A stretch of 64,000 nucleotides of DNA from a virus, in the IMG/VR virus record IMGVR_UViG_3300028800_000009, positions 8,122 to 72,121 of that record, one strand, 5' to 3'. The translations under genes and the position numbers were made by a program. The notes under the pieces were generated by a model. It saw only the letters and a list, made by a program, of their open reading frames with translations, was not told where the DNA came from and did no database searches. This document shows positions 19,333 to 28,939 of this stretch, piece after piece (position 1 is the first letter of the stretch; every line of letters begins with the position of its first letter).

Positions 19333-21062
19333 CGGTAAATCAATACGGCCCAAAGACGAAGGCCGCCGACGCCCTCCACGCGATGAAGTACCGTACCGAG
19401 GGCGAGAGTTTCCGCGAGGCGGCCCAACGGGTTGCGTTCGCGCTGAAAGACGACGACCGTCACTATCACGAGTTACGCGAGATTCTCCTGGCGATGAGGT
19501 TCATGCCGGCTGGCCGCGTTCAGAACGCGATGGGCGCCTCGCGAATGACGACCCCCTACAATTGCTTCGTATCGGGGACGATCGCTGATTCCTACGTTGA
19601 AGGGTCGGGGAGCATCATGGCGAGGGCTCACGAGGCGGCCGCGACGATGAGGATGGGTGGTGGGATCGGTTACGACTTCTCGACGCTCCGGCCGCGCGGG
19701 TTCATGGTCTCAAAGCTCGGAAGCCAGTCAACGGGACCGGTTAGCTTTATGGATATCTTCAACGCGGTCTGCCTCGCGACGAGTTCGAGCGGCCACCGGC
19801 GCGGCGCACAGATGGGCGTGATGAGGGTCGATCATCCCGATATCGAAGAGTTCGTCCGCGCCAAGCAGAACGAGGATCGTCTGAGAGGCTTTAACCTCTC
19901 GATCGCCGTGACGGACGAATTCATGGAGGCGGCCCTATCAGGGAAACCCTTCCGTTTAAGGTGGCAGCCGGACGCCTCTCGCGACGCGCTCGGGGAGCGC
20001 GAGATCGACGCCGCCGAGCTTTGGGAAAAGATTATGCGCTCGACCTGGGACTGGGCCGAGCCGGGAGTCATCTTCATCGACCGGGTCAACCGGATGAATA
20101 ACCTCTACTACGCCGAGACCATCGCCGCGACCAACCCGTGCGGCGAGCAACCACTGCCGCCCTATGGCGCGTGCCTCCTTGGGAGTATCAACCTCCCGGC
20201 TTATTTAGTAAAGGGACCCGGTGGATACTCTTTCGACTATGACCTCCTCAAACGTGATATTCCGATCGTCGTCCGCGGGATGGATAACGTCGTCGATCGT
20301 GCGCGCTACCCGCTCCCGGAGCAACGCGTCGAGGCCGTGACCAAGCGGCGAATGGGGATAGGCGTGATGGGACTCGCCAACGCGCTTGAAGCGCTAGGAT
20401 ATCCCTACGGCGCCCCCGAGTTCCTGGCGCTCGAAGGGAATCTTCTGGCCTTTATTAACGCTGAATGCTACCGCGCGAGCGTGGATCTGGCGCGGGAGAA
20501 GGGGTCGTTCCCGCGGTTCGACGTCGAGAAACATCTCGCCGGCGAATTCGTAAGGAATCTTCCGGAGGATATCGTCGCCGGGATACGTCGTTACGGGATA
20601 CGGAACTCGCACCTCACGAGCATCGCGCCGACCGGAACGATCAGTATGTGTTGCGATAACGTCAGCGGGGGAATCGAGCCGGTCTTCAGTTACGTTATCG
20701 AGCGGCCGATCAATACGCCGGACGGGACGATGATGGCGAAGATCGAGGACTACGGGTATGCCGCCCTCGGGGTTAGCGGAAAGCGGTTCGACGAAGTCTC
20801 GGTCGACGAGCACGTCGACGTTCTCGTCGCAGCCCAGAGGCACGTCGATAGCTCGGTGAGCAAAACGTGTAACGTCCCGTCGTCGACACCATGGGCCAGC
20901 TTCAAGGATATCTACCGGCGAGCGTGGGAGGAGGGCGCAAAGAGCTGCTCGACCTTTACGAACGGCGGCCGGCGCGGGGGTCTTCTCTCCGCGGCCGAGG
21001 GAAGTCGAGAAGAGGCGGCCTGTACGATCGACCCAGAGACGGGCATCCGGAGCTGCGAATAA
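19329..21062 (+). CDS. nrdJ: Class II (B12-dependent) ribonucleotide reductase
   Basis: FMPAGR, NCF, GGGIG, RRGAQM, TNPCGEQPL, IAPTGT, C-terminal Cys pair; no beta subunit gene seen. Confidence 0.88.
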   Translation: MTVNQYGPKTKAADALHAMKYRTEGESFREAAQRVAFALKDDDRHYHELREILLAMRFMPAGRVQNAMGASRMTTPYNCFVSGTIADSYVEGSGSIMARAHEAAATMRMGGGIGYDFSTLRPRGFMVSKLGSQSTGPVSFMDIFNAVCLATSSSGHRRGAQMGVMRVDHPDIEEFVRAKQNEDRLRGFNLSIAVTDEFMEAALSGKPFRLRWQPDASRDALGEREIDAAELWEKIMRSTWDWAEPGVIFIDRVNRMNNLYYAETIAATNPCGEQPLPPYGACLLGSINLPAYLVKGPGGYSFDYDLLKRDIPIVVRGMDNVVDRARYPLPEQRVEAVTKRRMGIGVMGLANALEALGYPYGAPEFLALEGNLLAFINAECYRASVDLAREKGSFPRFDVEKHLAGEFVRNLPEDIVAGIRRYGIRNSHLTSIAPTGTISMCCDNVSGGIEPVFSYVIERPINTPDGTMMAKIEDYGYAALGVSGKRFDEVSVDEHVDVLVAAQRHVDSSVSKTCNVPSSTPWASFKDIYRRAWEEGAKSCSTFTNGGRRGGLLSAAEGSREEAACTIDPETGIRSCE

Positions 21063-21066
21063 TCCC

Positions 21067-21128
21067 TTTACATCCAAACTGGGACGGGCGTAATATCTCT
21101 TTCGTCGACCTAACCTGGAGAATCAGAG
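21067..21128 (+). promoter_or_regulatory. Sigma70-like promoter plus conserved leader (copy 4)
   Basis: TTTACA-18-TAATAT then GACCTAACCTGGAGAATC. Confidence 0.6.
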
Positions 21129-21404
21129 ATGACCAACAAGCACATACCCTTACGAAAGTATGTGGGTCACGTTTCTGGCTACGGTGAAGGTATGACCCCC
21201 TCCCCACCCGCGCCCCCGGACGACCCCTTCCGCTGGGAAGCCCACAAAGAGGAGTTCCGCGACCTCGCCGTGGTAAAGTACCGCCAGGGCGTGAAGGACG
21301 GCCTCCGGGAGGGCGACCTCGACCTCCTCGGGGAATGGGTCCGACGGTTCGAGGAAGGGGGTAATCTCTACCCTCTTCCTCCGAGACGTAATTTTATTAC
21401 CTAA
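21129..21404 (+). CDS. Hypothetical protein
   Basis: Follows the promoter/leader motif. Confidence 0.6.
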   Translation: MTNKHIPLRKYVGHVSGYGEGMTPSPPAPPDDPFRWEAHKEEFRDLAVVKYRQGVKDGLREGDLDLLGEWVRRFEEGGNLYPLPPRRNFIT

Positions 21405-21520
21405 ATACGAGAGTCCAGGAGCAGGCCGCCTAGGGGCCTTCTCCTGGGGCGCCCCCTCTATAGCGCCCGACCCCCTCCCCCTAACCACGCCCCCTGAAAC
21501 CGGGGTCCTCCGGCTAAATA

Positions 21521-21552
21521 AAAAGCCCCGCTTCCTAGGGAGGCGGGGCTTT
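21521..21552. terminator. Bidirectional terminator between the convergent arms
   Basis: AAAAGCCCCGCTTCC-TAG-GGAGGCGGGGCTTT. Confidence 0.85.
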
Positions 21553-21608
21553 CGGGTAGAGGCTCTTAGGGGGAGAGGGCAACCAATTCTCTCGCTCTAG
21601 TCCCTCGA

Positions 21609-22247
21609 TTATACCCCCTTCGCGGGGACGGTAGGAAGCGAATTATAGACCACCTCGAAAGCCGGCCGGACGTTTACGAGAAGGTGATCGGCGACGAGCC
21701 GCTCGATCCGGAAGGCCGTGGACCCGAGCTGGAGCAGCGGGAGCGAGCCGAACCGCGGCGGAAGGGAGGGGACGTCGTCGCAGCCGTTCCGGGTAGCGAT
21801 GCTCGGAACGGCTGCGATCGCGGTAAGTGCAGCCGTCCCGAGGGCGCGGGCCGGTTCGAAGACGACGAGCCGCTCGACCGCGATCCCGAGGAGGATGAGC
21901 ATCAGGACGAAGATTTGGGCCTCGGCGCCACCCTTGGAATGGCCCCCGATATAGATCATCTTCCCGGCGGCGACCGCCGTTAGAACGAGCGGAATTAGCC
22001 GCCATGCGATCGAGGTCGCCGAGGCGAAAAATCCGGCGTCGACCGAGAAGCCGGCGAGGTCGGTTGATTCGGCGTCCGCGTCCGTTAGGTCGTCGCGGAT
22101 GTTATTCGTACCTTTGAAGGATATCCGGATCGATGTCGCGTCTTCGACGACGAGGGCGTGGGCCAAGTCCGAGCTGATCGTCGGGGCGACGTAGGCGCGC
22201 TCGGCGTCGCCGAGCATCACGAGATCGATAGGGAGGAGGGCTATCAC
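21609..22247 (-). CDS. Class 3 lipase-like alpha/beta hydrolase
   Basis: ISFKGT, GHSKGGA nucleophile elbow, D.VPSLP, DH; GTG start overlapping the upstream TGA. Confidence 0.8.
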   Translation of the reverse strand: MIALLPIDLVMLGDAERAYVAPTISSDLAHALVVEDATSIRISFKGTNNIRDDLTDADAESTDLAGFSVDAGFFASATSIAWRLIPLVLTAVAAGKMIYIGGHSKGGAEAQIFVLMLILLGIAVERLVVFEPARALGTAALTAIAAVPSIATRNGCDDVPSLPPRFGSLPLLQLGSTAFRIERLVADHLLVNVRPAFEVVYNSLPTVPAKGV

Positions 22248-23002
22248 GAGGCCAGCTCCTTCAGCCGCGCTTCCATCGCGGCGAGGTCGAGACCCGACGG
22301 CGCGGTGCCCTGGGACGTGACCCAATCCGGGTAAAGCTCGGCGTGGGCCTCGTCGATACAGGCGAGGGCGAAAGCCTTCGTCATCGCTTGAACCTTCCCC
22401 CAGGAGACGCAGTAGAAGAGGTCGCCCGCGTAGCCGACGAGCGGAACGTCGTGGCCGTCGTTGGTCATCGTGCCCGGCGCTACGTCCCATGTAGCGCCGG
22501 CGTTAAACTGATCCATCATATAGGACGGGCAGCGGATGCCGATACGGCACGCCCCGAATATCTGGGTAGCCCAACGGATATGATCGAGGTTCCGATCGTC
22601 GATCCGCGCCGTTCCGGCAGACTTAAAATTAAGGAAGCCGGTTTTTGTTAGATATTCGCAAGCATCGCTCTCACTCGTCCCGAGGTCGGTCGCGGGGTTA
22701 TCTTTATCAAACCCCGTCAACTCGGTGTAGAGCGCGAGCACGTCGTCGGTCGTCGGCAATCCCATACCGCCCGTGTTCGCCGTCCGGAGCATTAGTTGAT
22801 GCCCAGCGTCGGCCTCGACGCAGCACCCGTAGAGGTCGTTACCGAGCATCCCCCAATATGGGCCGACTACGTTCGTCACCGCGCGAATATAGTCGTTCGA
22901 GGAAGGAGGGGGCGAACCGAGCCCGGAGAGGAACTGGCTCGTCGCGAGAGCACCCCTCATCGCGCGAGCGTCGAAGCGTGGTGGATGTTTGCCGAATCTC
23001 AT
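22244..23002 (-). CDS. Papain-like cysteine peptidase (putative)
   Basis: MLGND.YGCC, GHDVPLVGY, SWG motifs. Confidence 0.7.
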   Translation of the reverse strand: MRFGKHPPRFDARAMRGALATSQFLSGLGSPPPSSNDYIRAVTNVVGPYWGMLGNDLYGCCVEADAGHQLMLRTANTGGMGLPTTDDVLALYTELTGFDKDNPATDLGTSESDACEYLTKTGFLNFKSAGTARIDDRNLDHIRWATQIFGACRIGIRCPSYMMDQFNAGATWDVAPGTMTNDGHDVPLVGYAGDLFYCVSWGKVQAMTKAFALACIDEAHAELYPDWVTSQGTAPSGLDLAAMEARLKELAS

Positions 23003-23024
23003 TCGGGACCTCTTAAGAAAAATA

Positions 23025-23050
23025 TAGGAGGTCCCTTTCGGAACCTCCTA
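23025..23050 (-). terminator. Hairpin, probable terminator
   Basis: TAGGAGGTCC/TTTC/GGAACCTCCTA with a T run downstream on the - strand. Confidence 0.6.
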
Positions 23051-23081
23051 GTTTACCAACGGAGAAGGGAGCGCCCGTCGG

Positions 23082-23609
23082 TTATTTACCCGCGATCCCG
23101 TGAAGGATCACACGCGCCTCGTCGGGCGTAAGGCCCGGTACTGCCGCGCGGCGGAGCGGCGCCGAGGCCGGAACGACGAGCCCGACCGCCAGCTCGACGA
23201 CCGGCAGGAGCACGGCGACGGCCGGTAGAATCTCGCCCCAGGGCGGGGGGAGCGCGACCGAGAACGGCGCGAGCGTGTTAACGATGAGGTTTACCGTCGC
23301 CTCGACCTGGGTAATGATGGGTTGGGCCGCGGTCGTCGTCGCGACCCCGCTCAGTTGGGTCGCGAGAGTCTGGAGCGTCGCGACCGCCTGCTGGACATTA
23401 GCGATTGCAACGGGCGAAATCTTACCGGTCGTCGCCGCGAGAGCCGGTAAAGCGTTGACGAAAGCGTTGGCGATCGTCGAGACGTCGTTTACGACGGTCG
23501 CGAGTTGTTGGGCCGGGGTCCCAGTCCCACACGCTGCGAGCATCAGAACTCCGAGCGACGAACCGCCGAGCTGGATCGCTCGACGACGGGTAAGCGTTCT
23601 ATCGAACAT
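23082..23609 (-). CDS. Tat-signal lipoprotein with C-terminal hydrophobic segment (spanin-like)
   Basis: TRRRAI twin-arginine motif, lipobox LAAC, hydrophobic ILPAVAVLLPVVELAVGLVV. Confidence 0.7.
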   Translation of the reverse strand: MFDRTLTRRRAIQLGGSSLGVLMLAACGTGTPAQQLATVVNDVSTIANAFVNALPALAATTGKISPVAIANVQQAVATLQTLATQLSGVATTTAAQPIITQVEATVNLIVNTLAPFSVALPPPWGEILPAVAVLLPVVELAVGLVVPASAPLRRAAVPGLTPDEARVILHGIAGK

Positions 23610-23639
23610 AGTATTTCTCCCTTTGAAGATTGGCGCGCG

Positions 23640-24098
23640 TTACGGCTGGGCCGCGCCGATCCCAGTATTAGTCGGCGGCGTCGCCGGGCTCGCAGCAGCC
23701 TCCGCGATCCCGTCGGGAAGCGAGCGTGTAACGAGATCGGCGAGTTTCTTCGCCCCCTCGGGCGTGGCAGGGTCGATTCCGGCGTCCTTCAGGTAGCCCG
23801 GAAATTTATCGGTGATAAACTGGACCGCGGCGTTCCCGATCGCGTTATGGGTATCGACGTGATCCCAACCCTTCGCCTTAATGACGTCGAGCGACTGCAT
23901 CGTACCGAACTTGATACCCTTACGCGCCGCGTCGGTCAAATTGGCCGCGATTGCGTCGCCGTTCTTAAGGTTGAGGAACTTGACAAGTCGCTGGGCAGCC
24001 CACGACGCGAGCGCGAGCAGGACGGTTCCGACCAGGTAGAGGATATCCTGCTCAATTCCGGAAAGGCTAATAACGGTGGACGGGTCGGTTCCGATCAT
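23640..24098 (-). CDS. Holin-like membrane protein
   Basis: One N-terminal TM segment; next to the endolysin. Confidence 0.55.
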   Translation of the reverse strand: MIGTDPSTVISLSGIEQDILYLVGTVLLALASWAAQRLVKFLNLKNGDAIAANLTDAARKGIKFGTMQSLDVIKAKGWDHVDTHNAIGNAAVQFITDKFPGYLKDAGIDPATPEGAKKLADLVTRSLPDGIAEAAASPATPPTNTGIGAAQP

Positions 24099-24211
24099 AT
24101 CTATCTCCTAGGGGGTTTAAGGTTAGGGAATCCGACGCTCCCCGAAAGAAGCGCCGGACCCTACGGGCGGCCCGTCAAAGGGAGGAACCAAAGCGGGTCG
24201 GCCCGAAAGTG

Positions 24212-24685
24212 TCAGGCGACGTCGATAAGAGCATTCCAATTAGCGACGAATTCGGCCTCGGTTCCGGCGCCGGCCGTCGTATTGTAAAATCGCTTCCAAT
24301 AAGCCGCGAGATCGGCGACGTAGGTCGGGTTCCCCGGGTCGGGAAGCGGATCGGCGGCGCGGCGGTAAAGAACGCGCGCCATCGCGGCAGCATAACGGGG
24401 ATAGATTTCGAGGCTATCTTCTCCGATATTACCCTCCGCGAGCCCACGGACGCAGACGGCGAGAAAGGTATGATACGCGAGATAGTTGGCCCAAATATCG
24501 TCGTGGGTCGCGCGCTCCATCTGGAAGTAACCCTTCGCCGGGCCGCCACCGCGTTGGTTGATGTCTTTAAGCCCGCTCTCCTGAATCGCGGTTCCGACGA
24601 GGAGGTCCTCGGCGGCGCGCGAGTAGAGGCCGGTCATCTTTAACGCCGGTATGACGACGGTCGAGCGGAACTCGGGGGCGTTCAT
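24212..24685 (-). CDS. Endolysin (lysozyme-like fold)
   Basis: LLVGTAIQES, GPAKGYFQME, YWKRFYNT..GAGT motifs. Confidence 0.8.
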   Translation of the reverse strand: MNAPEFRSTVVIPALKMTGLYSRAAEDLLVGTAIQESGLKDINQRGGGPAKGYFQMERATHDDIWANYLAYHTFLAVCVRGLAEGNIGEDSLEIYPRYAAAMARVLYRRAADPLPDPGNPTYVADLAAYWKRFYNTTAGAGTEAEFVANWNALIDVA

Positions 24686-24698
24686 TCTTTCTCCAGGT

Positions 24699-25061
24699 TT
24701 ATCGGTGGAAGTAGTACGCCGCGACGAGGCCGAGTATCCCGACGACGTAACCGAGCATATTGGCCATGCCGATCCCCTTCGAGTTACGCTCGACGACGAG
24801 ATTTTCCAGTGTGTCGATGCGGGTCTCTATAGCCTTAAACGCGAGTCCGGCCTCGGCGGAGCGCATGAACATCTTAGCCTGATCGTTGGTCATCTGGCGC
24901 AGCTCGTTCAGACCTTCGAGCCTCTTATCTACCGACGCCTCGGCCTTCAGGATGGCGGTCTGTGAGGCGACGTGCTGCTGCTGGTAGCGCTCGTCGCGCT
25001 CATTGAGTAGCTCGCGCAGCCCCTTCATCTCGGTCTCTACGGCGACGAGCCTTTCGTTCAT
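24699..25061 (-). CDS. Coiled-coil protein with C-terminal TM segment
   Basis: Heptad pattern plus hydrophobic C-terminus; in the lysis cassette. Confidence 0.65.
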   Translation of the reverse strand: MNERLVAVETEMKGLRELLNERDERYQQQHVASQTAILKAEASVDKRLEGLNELRQMTNDQAKMFMRSAEAGLAFKAIETRIDTLENLVVERNSKGIGMANMLGYVVGILGLVAAYYFHR

Positions 25062-25450
25062 CGCCTTCTCTGGAGTGCCTCCACCTGCTCGCGGATCGAC
25101 TCGATCTTCGCCTCATGGGAGATAATCAATTCGTCCTGCTTCTGGGTATGCTCGGCGATCCGGACGTGGTCGGAATCCATCGAGTCGAGGCGCCGCTCCT
25201 CGGCCCGGACCTGCTCCCTAATAGTCGAGACGGCCTTGATGAACTCCGTCTGGCTCGCGACGATCGTCTTTATGTCGTCGTTCATGTGGGTCGCGATCCA
25301 TAAACACGTCGAGGCGAGCGCCGCGGCGAGGAAGGAGCATATCGCCGTGACGGCGTGGGTAATCCCGCTGTATTTTCCCTCACCGCCGAACTTCTCTGCC
25401 CCCTCGGTTACAATGCGGAGGATGGGGGGACCGTGGGAATCCGACGCCAT
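25058..25450 (-). CDS. Membrane protein with coiled coil (lysis-associated)
   Basis: TM segment followed by a coiled coil. Confidence 0.6.
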   Translation of the reverse strand: MASDSHGPPILRIVTEGAEKFGGEGKYSGITHAVTAICSFLAAALASTCLWIATHMNDDIKTIVASQTEFIKAVSTIREQVRAEERRLDSMDSDHVRIAEHTQKQDELIISHEAKIESIREQVEALQRRR

Positions 25451-25465
25451 AATCTAAACCCTTTT

Positions 25466-26332
25466 CTACGGGAGGAGGCTCGCGTTGGGCTCGTTCGGCA
25501 GTCCGCCGGCGGAGACGGACCAGTTCCCGGCTCCATCCGGCATGAAGCAGGCCCACTCGTCGTGGCCGATCGACGACACGCCACCCTTAAACGGCCAGGC
25601 GCTCGTCCACGCGATGCGGCCGGAGACGCTATAGTCCTGGAAGCATATCGAGAAGCCGGCGGCGACGGACGACGTCGCCGGAAACACCGGCGATTCGTTT
25701 CCGACGCCGGACCACGTCAGGGTCTTGCAATTATCCGTCGCCGCAACCGGATGGGTCGTATCGGTCGAGGCGAGCGGCGACGTGAGCCACCCGCAACCCC
25801 CGCCGCTCGTACCCGTCCCGGCCGGACCCACGAGCGAAACGCCGGCAGGCCAGCCGCCCGAAGCCTTCGGCCCGTAGATGGACCAATTCGAGGTCGCGAT
25901 GTAGAAATCGCCGACGTTACCGACCGTCGAGCCCGGCGCGGCGGAGCCGTTCAGGATCGTATTCGACGAGGGGGAAGGCGCGGAACCCACGACCGGAGCC
26001 TGGGACTGAAGGACCCACGCGCCGAGGATATACTCGTACCAACTCCCATTCTTCGCCTGGGTGAAGATGTTGCCGCTCGCCGCGACTTCGAGGAGGGTAC
26101 CGTAGCCGCCGGCGGCCGGCGATCCGTTCAGGAGGATCGCGTTCCCGCCGTTCGTCGTCGTCGCGGTTCCGAAGGTCCAAGTTCCGGCCGAGGTCATGAG
26201 GCTCGACCCCGTCCCCGGCGCGGTGAGCGTCGTCCCGTCGGGCGAGAGGGCGACGACGGCGGCGGTCTGGCTCTCGGCTATCGGGGCCACGAAAAGAAGA
26301 AAGAGCAGACATAGATAGGATAGGTATTTCAT
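25466..26332 (-). CDS. Signal-peptide, G/S/T-rich fibre/adhesin-like protein
   Basis: MKYLSYLCLLFLLFVAPIAES signal; ILNGSAAP...GDFYI...YGPK fibre-type motif; Cys-containing C-terminal domain. Confidence 0.7.
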   Translation of the reverse strand: MKYLSYLCLLFLLFVAPIAESQTAAVVALSPDGTTLTAPGTGSSLMTSAGTWTFGTATTTNGGNAILLNGSPAAGGYGTLLEVAASGNIFTQAKNGSWYEYILGAWVLQSQAPVVGSAPSPSSNTILNGSAAPGSTVGNVGDFYIATSNWSIYGPKASGGWPAGVSLVGPAGTGTSGGGCGWLTSPLASTDTTHPVAATDNCKTLTWSGVGNESPVFPATSSVAAGFSICFQDYSVSGRIAWTSAWPFKGGVSSIGHDEWACFMPDGAGNWSVSAGGLPNEPNASLLP

Positions 26333-26364
26333 TTTAGATTATCCTCGTTACCGGGATGTGTCCT

Positions 26365-26529
26365 TCAAATTCGTCCGAGCAAAAGCAAGATGATCAGGAT
26401 CACGACAATGAGGCCCAATCCCCCTCCTGCATAGTAGCCGCCCCCGTAGAAGGGGCCGCCCCCGAATCCGCTGAATCCCCCGAGCAGGATGATGACGACG
26501 ACGATCAGGAGAATGGTGCCTATGGACAT
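26365..26529 (-). CDS. DUF3309-like small membrane protein (54 aa)
   Basis: MSIGTILLIVVVIILLGG...GYYAGGGLGLIVVILIILLLLGRI; not in the ORF track. Confidence 0.8.
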   Translation of the reverse strand: MSIGTILLIVVVIILLGGFSGFGGGPFYGGGYYAGGGLGLIVVILIILLLLGRI

Positions 26530-26632
26530 GATTTACCCTTTCGCTTGCGATACGCTCGAAGCCACGCGGCGCGGCACTTGAGGCACCAGCGCTGAAACCT
26601 CGTCTTATGGCCCGAGACACTACGGATTGTAC

Positions 26633-26806
26633 TCAACTCTCGGGAATTTTCTCCAGCTCAACGATGGCCTTGGTCAACTCGCCAATGCGGCGCCTGATCG
26701 AGGTGGTATCCTCTATGCCGTATTCAAGGCATCGCTCCAGCGCGGTCCTGGCTCTAATCATCGTGTCGCGAATGGAATTTTTCTTGAGCCTCCCGATACT
26801 GTCCAT
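26633..26806 (-). CDS. Small hypothetical protein (57 aa)
   Basis: MDSIGRLKK...KIPES, hand translated. Confidence 0.4.
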   Translation of the reverse strand: MDSIGRLKKNSIRDTMIRARTALERCLEYGIEDTTSIRRRIGELTKAIVELEKIPES

Positions 26807-26896
26807 CGTGTATTACCCATCACCCGTTACCGATGCCAGTAGCCAAAAACGATCTCGTAGCCGCTCCCGAAGGAGGGGGAGCGCGATAAGCTTTCC

Positions 26897-28939
26897 TCAT
26901 CGGTGAAAAATTCCCCATGTTGGCTCGTTGCCAGTAACCGCGGGGAAGAAAACAGAGGCATAATTTGTCGTGCCGCGCCACAGACTGTCAGCTATTGCGG
27001 CACCGGCCCAGCCTTGGTCGACCGCTGTTTCCAGCGCCGGCCATGCGTTCGCGAAGTAGCTCTCAGTTCCAGATGGGTCGGAACTGCCGGGGCCATTGAG
27101 CGTGTTGGTGCATGTGCCGCCGTTCTGCCAACCCGTCGCGACTGCTCCCTGCCACACGGCATAGAATGTGGTCAGGTAAAGTCCCGAGTTGGGATTTCCT
27201 GGGCCTGTGGCGAATTCGGCATTATAGCTTGCCCCTTGGCTGTAGCAGCCGTTTGGATTCGTTCCATTGCCAAAGCGACCGATAGTAAAGAGGCTTGCCT
27301 CCTGCGCGAGATTGCTCAGGTTGGTTGCAGCCGTACCGCTCATCACGTTTAGATCGAGATCGAGATTGAGCGACATCGTCATGAAATCTTGCTGCCATGG
27401 GGCGCCGTAACCACTGTTGGCCGGATTTCCCGCCCCGCAATAATCGCATGCGGCAACTTCATGGGAGTAAAACACATGAATCGAATTAACTCCGATCATG
27501 GTGGCATCCTGAGATAGCTGATACGCCATCTCGGTCGTTAGATCGGTCTTCATTTGATTGGATGGCGTCACGGCGAGGAATTGCCCAACCGTGCGATAGT
27601 CCCATGCGTCGGCGCGTGTTTGGTCGAACCAGTTTCGTGTCGGGAATGATCCACCATTGCCATTGTCGCGATGAAGGAACCCAGCAACGAGCGCTGTTGC
27701 CTCAAGCTGTTCATAAGCGGCATATTCCCCGGTCAGAATAAAACCGACATAGCCACTTGATGGGTGATGGGCATTATCCCAGCAAATAGCGACGCTGCCA
27801 CTTCCGATTTGGCTTGAGCATGGATACGGCGTAGCCCATCCGCCCGTACCACCATCGCAATTCGTGGTCGTGTTTTGAGATGGCAGCGCCATCCCGTCGC
27901 CGTTGGAATGATCAAGACACACATGCGGATAGGTCCGCAACGCGCGCCATGCCGCAGCAACGGCAGCCTGTGCGCGACTATCGCCTAGCGACGTGAAGTA
28001 ATCCGCATCCCATTCTGCGAGTGGCCCAATGTCGGGACGGCCCCCGGTTTGCTCCATATCCGTGACCCACGGTCCTTGCGAAAACGGGGTGTAGGTCTGG
28101 ACAAGAGCATTCAGCGCTGTGCTGCTCGGCGGTGTCGTGAGCGAATAATTGGGGATCAACTTCGATGCAACGAGGTCTGTCGCATTCGGTGTTGTCGCTG
28201 CCTCGGAAGTGGAACAGCCTCTGAGGTCGTAGCCCGTCCATGCATAATGTGTGATCGTGCCCGGCGCGTAGGCTGTCGAGCCGAGGATCGTCACTGTGGG
28301 GCTGTAGGTAACATCTTCCTGGGAATTATCGACCCATCCGCCATTGTCGATCATCACCCTGACGCAGACATTGTTGTCGGCGTAAAGCCGCACATCGAAG
28401 GCAACCCGAAGTCGGCTCGTGCTCGGTGTGGTATACCCAATCGTCGTCCAGTAGAGGCAATCGACTTCTGCCGCACCCGATTCCCAGGTCAGCTTTGGAG
28501 ACGCGAATAGCGACGAAAGGGCGACGGTTCCAGACACATTCCCCGTGAACACGACTTGAGCGGCAGGGTTCGCCGATGTGATCGAGGCACAGGTCAGCGC
28601 GGTCCCGCCAGGAGACGTTCCGGTATTGATGTGAAGTGTCCCGGCTCCCGATGCTTTCCCCGCCATGATAGCAAAGCGGCACGAGCCGTCACTCCACGTT
28701 GAGACACCCGTGACCTGATAGTTGAGCGGATCGGGCGACGCGACATTGCCGCAGCCGGTCGTCGTGCCCTTGGCGAACCCTACGCCTGTGTGGAAGTCCC
28801 CGGCACCGGCGACGGGGAAGCTCGTGAGCGGAGTCCCTCCCCCGCTTCCGATCGTCGCCGAGCCGTGCCACGGCGACGACGCGACGGCCACCGATAGGGT
28901 AAGGAAATATAGAAAGACGAGCACGATTAATCTGCTCAT
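26897..28939 (-). CDS. Signal-peptide protein with large, possibly carbohydrate-active domain
   Basis: Signal then ASSPWHGS; WSDGS, TGGRPDIG, WDNAHHPS, QTRADAW motifs; many Cys. Confidence 0.7.
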   Translation of the reverse strand: MSRLIVLVFLYFLTLSVAVASSPWHGSATIGSGGGTPLTSFPVAGAGDFHTGVGFAKGTTTGCGNVASPDPLNYQVTGVSTWSDGSCRFAIMAGKASGAGTLHINTGTSPGGTALTCASITSANPAAQVVFTGNVSGTVALSSLFASPKLTWESGAAEVDCLYWTTIGYTTPSTSRLRVAFDVRLYADNNVCVRVMIDNGGWVDNSQEDVTYSPTVTILGSTAYAPGTITHYAWTGYDLRGCSTSEAATTPNATDLVASKLIPNYSLTTPPSSTALNALVQTYTPFSQGPWVTDMEQTGGRPDIGPLAEWDADYFTSLGDSRAQAAVAAAWRALRTYPHVCLDHSNGDGMALPSQNTTTNCDGGTGGWATPYPCSSQIGSGSVAICWDNAHHPSSGYVGFILTGEYAAYEQLEATALVAGFLHRDNGNGGSFPTRNWFDQTRADAWDYRTVGQFLAVTPSNQMKTDLTTEMAYQLSQDATMIGVNSIHVFYSHEVAACDYCGAGNPANSGYGAPWQQDFMTMSLNLDLDLNVMSGTAATNLSNLAQEASLFTIGRFGNGTNPNGCYSQGASYNAEFATGPGNPNSGLYLTTFYAVWQGAVATGWQNGGTCTNTLNGPGSSDPSGTESYFANAWPALETAVDQGWAGAAIADSLWRGTTNYASVFFPAVTGNEPTWGIFHR

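Noticed and set aside
26365-26529. Apparent frameshift in the DUF3309-like gene
   Set aside because: Recounting the C run at 26420-26424 shows the frame is intact.
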